Shown in pieces: positions 52,994-62,197 of a DNA stretch of 64,000 bases (positions are counted from its first letter, which is position 1; the number at the start of each line of letters is the position of its first letter). The stretch is from NCBI GenBank assembly GCA_963792965.1, contig CAWBYW010000035.1, positions 32,001-96,000 of the forward strand, read 5' to 3'. The stretch comes from an uncultured delta proteobacterium. Its GTDB lineage: Bacteria; Desulfobacterota; Zymogenia; Zymogenales; Zymogenaceae. Made by a program: the position numbers and the translations under genes. The notes below the pieces were generated by a model that did not search any database, was not told where the DNA came from, and was given only the letters and a program-made list of their open reading frames with translations.

Positions 52994-53135
52994 AAAGAGA
53001 GCGCCCGCCTCCCCTATCGGGCCCGCAGCCAATTGTTGTTTACCCTCCCCTGCGTCCGTGGTATAATGCAGCACGGTGACGCGGGAGTCCGCCGCATATG
53101 ACGGACGAATACTCACGCTCCCGCACGCTAAAACC

Positions 53136-53808
53136 ATGAAGGATCCCGTCGTGCCCAAACCCCACACGATTGCGCTTGCCGAAGACCATGCGATCCTCAG
53201 ACAGGGTCTTCGCTCCCTCCTTGAAAAAACCGGAGAGTTCGAGGTCGTGGCCGAGGCCTCCGACGGCCTGGAGGCCATCCGGCGCGTCGGCGAGACGCTG
53301 CCCGACATCCTCATCATCGACCTGGCCATGCCGCGCCTCACCGGCATGGACGCCATACGGGAAATCAAACGGCTCCACGACGACATAAAGATCATCGTGC
53401 TGACGGTCCACGCGGCCGAGGAGTACGTCTACGAGAGCCTCAAGGCCGGGGCCGACGGCTACGTGCTGAAGGCCGCCGACTATACGGAGCTGATCACCGC
53501 CATCAAGACGGTGCTCTCCGGCAAGATCTACCTGAGCCCGGACATCTCCGACACGGTCGTCATGGGGTACCTGAAGGGGGGGGCGCGGCAGGGAAACGGC
53601 AACCGGAAAGGAGAGCCTCACCCCGCGCGAGCGGGAGGTGCTCAAACTGGTGGCCGAGGGATACAAGAACCGCGAAATCGCAGATCTCCTCTTCGTGAGC
53701 GTCAAGACGGTGGAAAAACATCGCGAAAATATCAAGCGCAAGCTCGAGTTGCCCGGCACGTCGGCGATGATCGCCTACGCCATCGAGCACGGCCTCGTCA
53801 ACCGCTGA
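53136..53808 (+). CDS. NarL/LuxR family response regulator, frameshift around the G8 run at 53576-53583
   Basis: LAEDHAILRQGL, DLAMP, GADGYVLK; shifted frame LTPREREVLKLVAEGYKNREIADLLFVSVKTVEKHRENIKRKL. Confidence 0.88.
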
Positions 53809-55699
53809 GGGGCCACTCGACCCGCACGACCGTCCCCTTCCCCTTCGTCGACTCGATGGAAAAGGCGCCCTGAGAAAATGAGACCCGCTCGCGCATGCCG
53901 GCGATCCCCAGCCCGTAGCTCTCCTTCTGAAGCTGGGCCACGTCAAACCCCGTGCCGTTGTCGCGAATCGTGAATTCGAGCGTTCCCCCGGCCTCTCGCA
54001 TCCGGATTTCTACCCGGTCGGCCCCGCTGTGCTGCGCGATGTTGGACATGGCCTCCTGCAGAATCCTGAAGGCGACGATCTTGATGTGCTGGGGGATCCG
54101 GGCGTCCTGGACGGACAGGTCCTTCTCAACCGTGATGCCGCGATAGACCGTGCCGAACTCCCTGAGAAACCAGTTGATGGTGGCCACGATGCCGAGGTCG
54201 TCGAGGATCGACGGCCTGAGATCCATCGAGATTTTCGACACGTCCATGATCGCCTCTTTGAGCAGCGCGATGTTGGCCCGCAGCTGCTCGTCGACGCTCT
54301 GGCGGCTCATCTCCGAGATATTATTCAACAGCAGGTTTTCCGTGCCGACCTTGATCGTGGAGAGATACTGGCCGATCCCGTCGTGCAGCTCCTGCGAGAT
54401 GCGCTGGCGCTCCCGCTCTAAAACGTCGAGGTGTTTTTCGTAGAGGTCGCTCAGCTGTCTCTGGTAGCGTATCAATTCCGCCTCGGCCTGTTTCTGCTCC
54501 GTGATATCGTTGATGTAGGTGAGCACCAGCTCGCCCGGCACGTAGGCGTGGGTAAAGACCAGCTGCCGCTCCTCGTCGTTCGCGCTCAGCCTGAGCGATC
54601 CGTTCCGCCGGACGACGGTCCCCGTCTCAAAGCAGCGTCTGATGTCGTCGCCGATCTCGGGATAGCTGCGGCACACGACGCCCGCCGACGTCCCGATCAA
54701 TTGTGCGACCCGGCTTTCGGTAAACGCTTCCAGCGCCTCGTTACAGCCGAAGAGGATGAAATCGCCGCCCGTATGCTTCCAGGTCATCACCGGGATGGGG
54801 CTGCCGACGTAGAGGGCTTTGAAGCGCTCTTCGCTCTCCCGCAGGTCAGCCAGGGCCTGCCGGCGCTCGGTGATATCCTCGATGAACTGTATCAGCAGGT
54901 TGGGCGCCATGAAGAAGGTGACCGAGTCCACGAACCGGTCGTTGCCGGGCAAGAGGAAGTCGCAGTAGGTCTCCATCCTGATCGTCCCTCTCTGCCGGAA
55001 GACCCGGTACATGATCTCGATAACGTCCGATCGCCCGCGGTGCTCGTAGAGCTCGTGGGCGGTGGAGCCGGCGTACTGCCGAATCCTCCCCTCCGTCAGC
55101 TCGTCCATGGCGGGATTATAGCCGATCAGGCGCAGCTCCCCGTCGATCTCCTGCCAGGTGAAGATGCAGATCGGCGCGCTCACCAACGGCGAATCGGCCG
55201 ACGCATGTTTTACCATGAGATCGGGGGACGCCATCGCGCCCGATTCGGTCCGCCGATAACACGAAAAGTAATAGTCCACGCCGTCGGCCCGGATAATCTT
55301 GCTGCTGTGCTCGCACTGAAATATCGTGCCGTCCCTGTGACGGCGGCAGACCCACAAGAACTCGCCCTTGGTGGTGACCTCAAAGGAGAAGTGCGACGGC
55401 ATGATCCTGAGGAAATTTTCCGGCAAGAGGTCCGCATGGTTGAGCGCCCGCATCTCGGGACGGGAATATCCGAACATCCGGCAGGCGGCCTTGTTGCAGT
55501 CGTGGATGGTGCCGTCATGGCGATAGAGGATGGCGGCAAACGGTAATTCCTGAAACATGTCCGACATGATCGTCGAGGTGACGTTCTCATCACGGGAGGC
55601 TTTTCCTCCCGACCGCACGGGGTCAAGCCCGATCCGATCGACCCCGGATTGTCGGTGCGCGTGTGCCTGGGAGAGCGCCTTGTCGTTCTTCTTTGCCAT
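53798..55699 (-). CDS. PAS-domain sensor kinase, HisKA_3 (NarX-type)
   Basis: ERERQRISQELHDGIGQ, LRPSILDDLG, FRILQEAMSNIAQHS, DNGTGF, GLGIAGMRER. Confidence 0.9.
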   Translation of the reverse strand: MAKKNDKALSQAHAHRQSGVDRIGLDPVRSGGKASRDENVTSTIMSDMFQELPFAAILYRHDGTIHDCNKAACRMFGYSRPEMRALNHADLLPENFLRIMPSHFSFEVTTKGEFLWVCRRHRDGTIFQCEHSSKIIRADGVDYYFSCYRRTESGAMASPDLMVKHASADSPLVSAPICIFTWQEIDGELRLIGYNPAMDELTEGRIRQYAGSTAHELYEHRGRSDVIEIMYRVFRQRGTIRMETYCDFLLPGNDRFVDSVTFFMAPNLLIQFIEDITERRQALADLRESEERFKALYVGSPIPVMTWKHTGGDFILFGCNEALEAFTESRVAQLIGTSAGVVCRSYPEIGDDIRRCFETGTVVRRNGSLRLSANDEERQLVFTHAYVPGELVLTYINDITEQKQAEAELIRYQRQLSDLYEKHLDVLERERQRISQELHDGIGQYLSTIKVGTENLLLNNISEMSRQSVDEQLRANIALLKEAIMDVSKISMDLRPSILDDLGIVATINWFLREFGTVYRGITVEKDLSVQDARIPQHIKIVAFRILQEAMSNIAQHSGADRVEIRMREAGGTLEFTIRDNGTGFDVAQLQKESYGLGIAGMRERVSFSQGAFSIESTKGKGTVVRVEWPLSG

Positions 55700-55904
55700 T
55701 GCCCCATCCTCCGATGAACCGACCACTATTTTAGGCCACAGCGGTGCCCTTGTCAATCGGCTTCTCGCCAACTCCCTCCCCCCCGCTCGCTCCACCCCCA
55801 CGCGCGGGCTGCGGAAACATGAGAGGGGCGCGGCGGCGCCCACCCCGGCTATCTCGTGGCGCGGGGTAAGTCGCCGCCGACGACTTCGATCAGAGGTGCG
55901 TTGA

Positions 55905-56144
55905 CTACGATCGCTTTGACCTGCTGAGCTTTGAGGTGATGAACAAGATGGGCAGCTTCATGATAAACCAGATGACCGGCCCGTTGAGCATCATCTTGAC
56001 GAGGTCCGAAACATCGTCCACCCCGAAATATATCGTGGAATCCCAGGCGCCGAATTTCCCGGAGGTAACCAGCCGCGTCTTATCGGCCGTCACCTTGCTT
56101 ATGATTATCTCCATGTCTCCGGCGGGTGATTTCATCATCGGCAT
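55905..56144 (-). CDS. Small hypothetical protein with hydrophobic C-terminus
   Basis: RBS ggaggaag; 79 aa; co-oriented downstream of the nitroreductase-like gene. Confidence 0.6.
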   Translation of the reverse strand: MPMMKSPAGDMEIIISKVTADKTRLVTSGKFGAWDSTIYFGVDDVSDLVKMMLNGPVIWFIMKLPILFITSKLSRSKRS

Positions 56145-56210
56145 GTTACTCTTCCTCCTGTGTGTCAGCGCGCGGAGGCAAGTCGTGCCGCCCCCGCGCA
56201 GCCCGTGCCA

Positions 56211-57461
56211 CTATTTGTCGTGCCATGTCTTCGTATGGTTTTTCATCGCCTCGGTGAACACCTCCCCGGGATAATACTTCTTATAGAAGTCCATCTCGGG
56301 GTGGTGCACGGCCAGTGCCACCGGCATCTGCACCGCATCGTAGATCACCGGGAACCGCCCGTACGTTTCATACAGGTAGTTCAAAAAGGTCTTGGCGACC
56401 TCCTTGCCTTCCTCGCTGGGCTTGCGCACCTTCAGGTACAGCTCCTTATCCTTCCAGGGCGTCGGGCCGTCGTACTTGGACCCGAACATCCCCGTGGGAC
56501 CGAACTTCAGATCCCAGAATTTATCGACCGCCTCTCCCATATCCTTGACGTACGGCGGGCAGAGGGGCTCGATGAAACCGTCTTTCCCGACGGGAGTCGG
56601 CATTTTATCCTTCCCCGTCTTAAACCTGAAGCCGAACCCGGGGGAAAGCGGCGTCCCGCCCATGAGCACCATTGAAACGTAGCCGCCGTATGGATAGGCC
56701 CCCAGGCCCATGGCCGTGGCCGCCAGGCCGATGTTCTGGATCATGTAATGCGCCGTGGCCGTACAGGCCGTGGACACCGCCATTTCCAGATAGGTCAGCG
56801 GCACCGCGGGGCCGTTGAGATACCCGTTGGCGACCCATTTCTTGAGCCCGGCGTCCGTGCCCGCGCGGTCGTCGTAGAGCTGCCAACGGTCGTCGGAGCA
56901 GGCCAGCAGCACGAAATTGAGGTACTCATAGGTTACGTCGACGATCGGCATAAAGGTCGTCGTGCCGGGTTTATTTGCGTTCCAGTGGTTGCATTTGACC
57001 AGCCCGAACTCGGACAGATTCGGCCTTCCGTCCACCATCTTGACCAGATGATCCTTGTGAGAGGAGATGATCTTCATCCGATCCTCGGGCGTTTGGAACT
57101 CGACGTTTTTCTTCGGGGCGCTCGGGCGATAGAGGAAGGCCCCGGCGTCGTCGAAGAACATGAGGTCCTGCTTCTGATCGTTGCACGGGTTGGGGTGGGT
57201 GCGGCCGATCCAATCGTTCATGGTGTGGGTCGTCGCATCCAGGTCGGACATGATGGTGCCCGTGACCCCGTGTCCGGCCCAGCAGAGGATGGCCTGTTCG
57301 AGCTCGCTCAGCGGGTCGGGCGCCTTTTGAGACTTGAAGACGAAAGGCGCATCCGAGATCTCGCATCCCGTCGGATAGCGAAAGGCACGTCGCCGTGCCA
57401 GCGCCTCGAACAACGAAAAGTTCCAGAGAGTTTCGATCTTGGACTTGGCGTGATCGCTCAT
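56211..57461 (-). CDS. Nitroreductase-fold (SagB/ThcOx-like) FMN protein of unknown function
   Basis: EALARRRAFR, PLSELEQAILCWAGHG, GRTHP, YMIQNIGLAATAMGLGAYPYGG nitroreductase-like motifs; RBS aaggagg. Confidence 0.6.
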   Translation of the reverse strand: MSDHAKSKIETLWNFSLFEALARRRAFRYPTGCEISDAPFVFKSQKAPDPLSELEQAILCWAGHGVTGTIMSDLDATTHTMNDWIGRTHPNPCNDQKQDLMFFDDAGAFLYRPSAPKKNVEFQTPEDRMKIISSHKDHLVKMVDGRPNLSEFGLVKCNHWNANKPGTTTFMPIVDVTYEYLNFVLLACSDDRWQLYDDRAGTDAGLKKWVANGYLNGPAVPLTYLEMAVSTACTATAHYMIQNIGLAATAMGLGAYPYGGYVSMVLMGGTPLSPGFGFRFKTGKDKMPTPVGKDGFIEPLCPPYVKDMGEAVDKFWDLKFGPTGMFGSKYDGPTPWKDKELYLKVRKPSEEGKEVAKTFLNYLYETYGRFPVIYDAVQMPVALAVHHPEMDFYKKYYPGEVFTEAMKNHTKTWHDK

Positions 57462-57620
57462 GAGATGTTCCTCCTTTTGGAATTTCCTGCATGCTATGTC
57501 CAAGAGGAGGACAAGTAAATTCGTGGAAATACGGAAAAGAGGGTCTACCCGCTTACGGGAAAACCCTTATGAAGTAGAATAGCGCGCGGGGGTGATGACG
57601 CTGAATTTTACCGGAAAGAG

Positions 57621-57898
57621 TCGAGGCGCCGCCCATCTATTCCGGCCTCAATAACCCCGACGTCGCCGGACGGACGGAGGCGGGCCTCGTGTGCTACAAA
57701 TACGTCTTCCACTACAGGGACCCGAAGATAGGAGACATCACCTGCTGGATCGCCGGGGAGCTCGCCTATCCCATCAGGTTCGAGCAGCAAGGACAGAGGA
57801 TCTACCTTTTCGAGGAATATACAGACATCAAAATCGGCCCCGTGAGCGATTCGCTCTTCGAGGTGCCGGCGGGGTACCAGATGTTACGGATGTTTTAG
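57621..57898 (+). pseudogene. 5'-truncated duplicate of the 52284..52883 gene
   Basis: High nucleotide similarity to 52567-52899, extending past the stop codon; in-frame 39-nt deletion between gcgggc direct repeats. Confidence 0.85.
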
Positions 57899-57919
57899 GC
57901 AACGGCCGGGCGGATCTGT

Positions 57920-58126
57920 TTATAATTCGTCTTCGGATATTTCTGCGATTTTTAGTATCGCATTAAGCAGGCCTTGTTTGAGGTCCTTGTTGCCGTGAAC
58001 CGGGACGCTTATTCTCTCTTTTCTTCCCGTTTTCATGTATACGTGGTGACTACCGTGGATGGTCCTTAACTCCCATCCCTTCTTCTCAAGAATCCGGCAG
58101 AGTTCTTTACCGGAAACGGCTTTCAT
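57920..58126 (-). CDS. hicA: HicA family toxin
   Basis: [14 protein letters not shown]...GSHH...[19 protein letters not shown]. Confidence 0.9.
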   Translation of the reverse strand: MKAVSGKELCRILEKKGWELRTIHGSHHVYMKTGRKERISVPVHGNKDLKQGLLNAILKIAEISEDEL

Positions 58127-58326
58127 ACGGCGATTTCAAGGATCGTGTCGCTTTCGGTAACCTTAACGTCTTGCGCTTCTACGGAAAGGCAGGCTTCTAC
58201 AGCCTCATAGATATTCGGGATAAGCTCTTCCCACGTGTCTGCCTGCGTAAAGCACCCGGGAATGGCGGGCATCTCGGCCCAAAAGCCCCCTTCCTCCGCC
58301 TTGTGGATGATAACCTTTATTTTCAT
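58123..58326 (-). CDS. hicB: HicB family antitoxin (short, no DNA-binding domain)
   Basis: [35 protein letters not shown]; 4-nt overlap with hicA. Confidence 0.88.
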   Translation of the reverse strand: MKIKVIIHKAEEGGFWAEMPAIPGCFTQADTWEELIPNIYEAVEACLSVEAQDVKVTESDTILEIAV

Positions 58327-58356
58327 CGTCTTTCTCTCTCAGTCTGAATGAAGTCC

Positions 58357-59125
58357 CTATCCCTCCTTCCCAAACCCCGTCACCATGTAGGTGCCGCTCC
58401 TCGCGTTGATCTTGAGGGTGATGAGCCCGTGCTTCTGGGCGTCTTCCAGGAGGTCGGTAAAGGTGCGGTAGCCGTGGTACGACTCGTTGAACGACGGCTG
58501 CTTTCTGTTCATCGTGTCCTTGACCATCGAGGAGTAGATGATGTCCTTGTTCTCGCGCTGAGCGCCGTGATGGAGGAGACCAGCATGCGAAGGCCTCCCG
58601 CTTCTCCTTGGGGAGGTCCGGGTCGACCTTGGGCGGCTTGCGAGCGGCCGCTCCAGGTCCTCGTAGTAGATGAACTCGTCGCAGTTGTCGATGAGGAGGT
58701 CGGAGGTGGAGCTCTTCATCCCCAGGCCGATGACGCGCTTGCCGTTCTCCTTGAGCTTGGAGACCAGCGGCGAGAAGTCGGAATCGCCCGAGACGATCAC
58801 GAAGGTGTCGATGTGCTCCTTGGAGTAGGACAGGTCCATGGCGTCCACGCAAGCCGGATATCGGCCGAGTTCTTGCCGGTCATGCCGCGCTTGGGGATCT
58901 CGATCAGCTCGATGGCCGACTCGTGGAAGGCCCTCTTGTACTCCGCAAATCTCGTCCAGTCGGCGTAGGCCTTCTTGACGATGATCTTGCCCTTCTCCAC
59001 CAGACGCTCGAGCGCCTTCTCGATGTCGAACTTTATCCCCTTTCCTTGTCCTTGATGAACCCGAGGGCAAGGTTCTCGAAATCGATGAAGACCGCCAGCG
59101 TCCTATCCTTTTCGACGTGGACCAT
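58357..59125 (-). CDS. NYN (LabA/DUF88) domain protein with C-terminal OST-HTH/LOTUS; several frameshifts
   Basis: AVFIDFENLA, KKAYADW, GKNSADIRL, IVSGDSDFSPLVSKLKENGK, CDEFIYYEDL, PSFNESYHGYRTFTDLLE spread across frames. Confidence 0.85.
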
Positions 59126-59292
59126 CGGCCGCCCCTCCTGATAATTTGTGCTTCAAGAACCGGCAGGACCTCTCCGGGGAAAGGGTAGCATCCATCCTCC
59201 CTTCCCTAAGGGCCGTGGAAAATGTTGCCGGGTCGCTATGAATACCGCCCAAGCGGATGGTTATCGCTGTTGTGTATTTGATATGGAAACCC

Positions 59293-59724
59293 CTACCTTT
59301 CAAACGTTTTGCTGAAGAAAAAGAGATACGCCAACACCTCTCGTTTATCGACCGGCCCCTCATAGCGCGCGACCACTTTTCCCGCGCCGTCGGTCATTTT
59401 CGCGCTCGAGATCGTCCCGGCCGCAGCACCGGTTGCGTCGGTCATCGCTCCGTTCTCATCGACGGCCACCAACACCTTGTGGTGGACGTCACGGACGGTC
59501 ATGTCTGGTCCCACAAAACCGAGGTTCTTATTCGTGACGTCGTAGACGATGCCGTCCTTGTCTATTCGCCCGAGCAAGACGTGGTTTGCGTCCAGGATCT
59601 TCCCCACGTCGTTGACATAGGCGACGGGGACAAAGAGAGCATCCTGGATCTGGAACTCCACGGCAGAGGCGAGTGAGCAGCCGAATATAAAAATGAGAGA
59701 GAATATACCGAATACCTTCTTCAT
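59293..59724 (-). CDS. Exported protein with ~17-aa beta-hairpin repeats (beta-flower-like)
   Basis: Signal peptide; repeats such as GRIDKDGIVYDVTNKNL; ends AYLFFF. Confidence 0.6.
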   Translation of the reverse strand: MKKVFGIFSLIFIFGCSLASAVEFQIQDALFVPVAYVNDVGKILDANHVLLGRIDKDGIVYDVTNKNLGFVGPDMTVRDVHHKVLVAVDENGAMTDATGAAAGTISSAKMTDGAGKVVARYEGPVDKREVLAYLFFFSKTFER

Positions 59725-60062
59725 GCGAAAACTCCGTCCTTTTTGATGGCGACATCATATCATACTTTTTAATAACTTCAAAATAAAACATACGAGAAAC
59801 ATCCCCGGGCGGACTCCGCACACTCAGTTGGTCCCGATTGTCGTCAGGGAGCCCCGACGGTGACGCCCCGGTCCGCTCGGGGCGGATGAGGGACAGGGAG
59901 ATAGAAATCGTTCGTCTTATGCATTTTTATGGTGTTTTATCTCGGCCGGCGGATACAATATCTATTGATTTTGCTGCATAATTCCGGTATAAGAGGAGGG
60001 GGGGGATAAATACGGATGGCCCGTTTCCTCGCCGGGGGAGTTACGCGAGAAATTCACTTTCC

Positions 60063-60632
60063 ATGGGGGTCATAATGGAAACGAAACAACCGAAACTCAG
60101 GCCGTTGATACTATGGCTTCTCCTTATACTCGCAATCCTTGTCGCCCTCTGGCCGTGGATTTCCATGCGAAAGATCGACTCCCACCTGATGGAAAATCCG
60201 CCGAACAACGGCATCGTCGCGCTCGAGCTCGCCCGCAGCGTCGACGCCTCCCAGAAGATAATGGACGGCTGGGGCCCGGAGCTCTCGATCCTCGCCGGAA
60301 GGAGCGTCAAAATCGATTTTATGTTCATCCCCGCCTACGTTCTCCTCTTCTTCTCCATCACTGCGCTCTTCTCTCTTCTTGTGGCCCCGTCCCTGGCCAG
60401 GATCATGAGGGCGGTCGCGCTGCTCCCCATCATCTCGGGGCTGTGCGACATAACCGAGAATATCTTTCTTCTGCTCATCCTGAAATCATCCCATGCGATC
60501 CCGGCGCACTATCCGCTTGTCGCCAGCACCTGCGCCACCATAAAATTCTCGCTCCTCGGGCTGGTCGTGTTGTCATGGATCGTTATGCTCGCGGCCTGGC
60601 TCGTCGGTAAAATCCGGAAGAGCGACGCATGA
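60063..60632 (+). CDS. Hypothetical membrane protein
   Basis: Four hydrophobic helices; GIVALELA, DFMFIPAY, CDITEN, IKF. Confidence 0.7.
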   Translation: MGVIMETKQPKLRPLILWLLLILAILVALWPWISMRKIDSHLMENPPNNGIVALELARSVDASQKIMDGWGPELSILAGRSVKIDFMFIPAYVLLFFSITALFSLLVAPSLARIMRAVALLPIISGLCDITENIFLLLILKSSHAIPAHYPLVASTCATIKFSLLGLVVLSWIVMLAAWLVGKIRKSDA

Positions 60633-60684
60633 TGTCGCTCAGGCGGCGACGACGGGGCGGGCCCATCCATTAATCGCGAACATT

Positions 60685-61077
60685 ATGGAGGCGGGAAGAG
60701 CCGTGAAAAGAATCGCAGTCTTTCTTTCCGTTCTTGTCCTTTTGGCTTTGCTCCCCGTCCTGTCGGGAGGAGAGGATACCCCGGAGCCGACCAACGTTAC
60801 CATGTCGGGTAAGGTCAACCTTGAGATTACCGGCATGACCTACGAGACGCTGACCCTCGTCAACAGCTTCAACGTGGATCTGATCAACTGCTCCATCAAG
60901 AACCTCGTACTGGTCCGCTGCTGGAACGTGGACGTGACCAACTGTGAGTTCGTCGGCGAGGGTGTGGCCGCTGTGGCCGATTCCTGCCTGGCGGTGGCCT
61001 TCACCGGGTGTAAGTTCGGGGGAGGATATTCTCAGAGACTGATGTCGATGCGGTCGGCGCGGGTACGGATCGAATAG
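60685..61077 (+). CDS. Small exported protein with short beta-helix-like repeats
   Basis: Signal peptide; NVDLINC, NVDVTNC, VAFTGC repeats. Confidence 0.55.
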   Translation: MEAGRAVKRIAVFLSVLVLLALLPVLSGGEDTPEPTNVTMSGKVNLEITGMTYETLTLVNSFNVDLINCSIKNLVLVRCWNVDVTNCEFVGEGVAAVADSCLAVAFTGCKFGGGYSQRLMSMRSARVRIE

Positions 61078-61117
61078 TAAGAGGGCCTCGAGAGCCGGGC
61101 TGCCGGGCCCCTCTTCC

Positions 61118-61786
61118 TTACGAGCCCGCCGCCCGTGCGGCGAGCTCAGCCAGGACCGAATCCGATATGCCGAGGGCCTTGGGACCCTCGCTGTGGATAA
61201 ACTCCACGATTTCCCAAAGCGTCACCACCGAGCCGACGGGGATGCCCGTCGTTTCCGCGATGACCCCCGAAAAGAGGCGTCCCCTCTCGTCTTTCTCCAT
61301 CCGATCCACCACCGAGAGGATTCCCGTCACGACGGCCTTTGTTGTCTTTGTGATCTTGTCGATGGTCTCGATCTTGGTCTTGCCGTCGGTGATCACGTCA
61401 TCGACGATGAGGAGCCGTTTCTTCGCGCCCGTCAGGTCGCACCCGATGAAGCTCCCGCCTTCGCCGTGTCCCTTGGATTCTTTTCGGTCAAAGCAAAATT
61501 CCTTGGTTATCCCATGCCCTGAAAAGAGAGACGCGGCCGTGATCGACGCAAGGACGATCCCCTTGTACGCGGGTCCGAAGATGACGTCAAACGTATCGGT
61601 CCCGATATCGGCGGTAATCTTTTTCGCAAGCGCGTTGCCGAGCTCCACGACCGCCCTGCCGTCGGCGATGTCGCCTATATTGATGAAGTAGGGAGACTTC
61701 CTGCCGCTCTTGAGGACGAAGTCCCCAAAGCGCAAGGCACCCGTCTCGATGAGGAGCCGTACGGTTTTTCTCTGGTACTCTTCCAT
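61118..61786 (-). CDS. pyrE: Orotate phosphoribosyltransferase
   Basis: FGDFVLKSGRKSPYF, FGPAYKGI, DRKESKGHGEGG, IVDDVITDG. Confidence 0.95.
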   Translation of the reverse strand: MEEYQRKTVRLLIETGALRFGDFVLKSGRKSPYFINIGDIADGRAVVELGNALAKKITADIGTDTFDVIFGPAYKGIVLASITAASLFSGHGITKEFCFDRKESKGHGEGGSFIGCDLTGAKKRLLIVDDVITDGKTKIETIDKITKTTKAVVTGILSVVDRMEKDERGRLFSGVIAETTGIPVGSVVTLWEIVEFIHSEGPKALGISDSVLAELAARAAGS

Positions 61787-62197
61787 GGTAATCGATGACC
61801 TCCCTTCGCGCCGGGCGAGAAACGACACGCCGATTGTAGCCCAAAGGCGGCCCCGACGCCAGCATTTTTTGCCCTCGTCGCACAACGCCCGACCAATCCG
61901 TCGGCATCTCTATGCGACGTCAACGGTGACCCGGCGGACGCTCGAGCAAATACCCCACAGACGACCTAAGCGAAATGAGGCTCCGCTCCTCCTATTTTCT
62001 GACCGGAAGACGCGCCAACGATCAGAAAATCGGTAAATTTCTTCTGCCATTGTCCTTCGCGACGTACAGAAGCCCGATCACACCATTAGAATATTTTACC
62101 CATGGGCGGCCTTATCGGCACAACCCGCGGCCTTAAAGCTGCCTTTCAATCAAGGTTCGTATTACCTTGTCAGTGGATACTAAGAGGAGGAAGCATA

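Noticed and set aside
52567-57913. DUF4412-like duplicate as a DGR template repeat
   Set aside because: Mismatches involve all bases and include a deletion; no reverse transcriptase or avd gene nearby.
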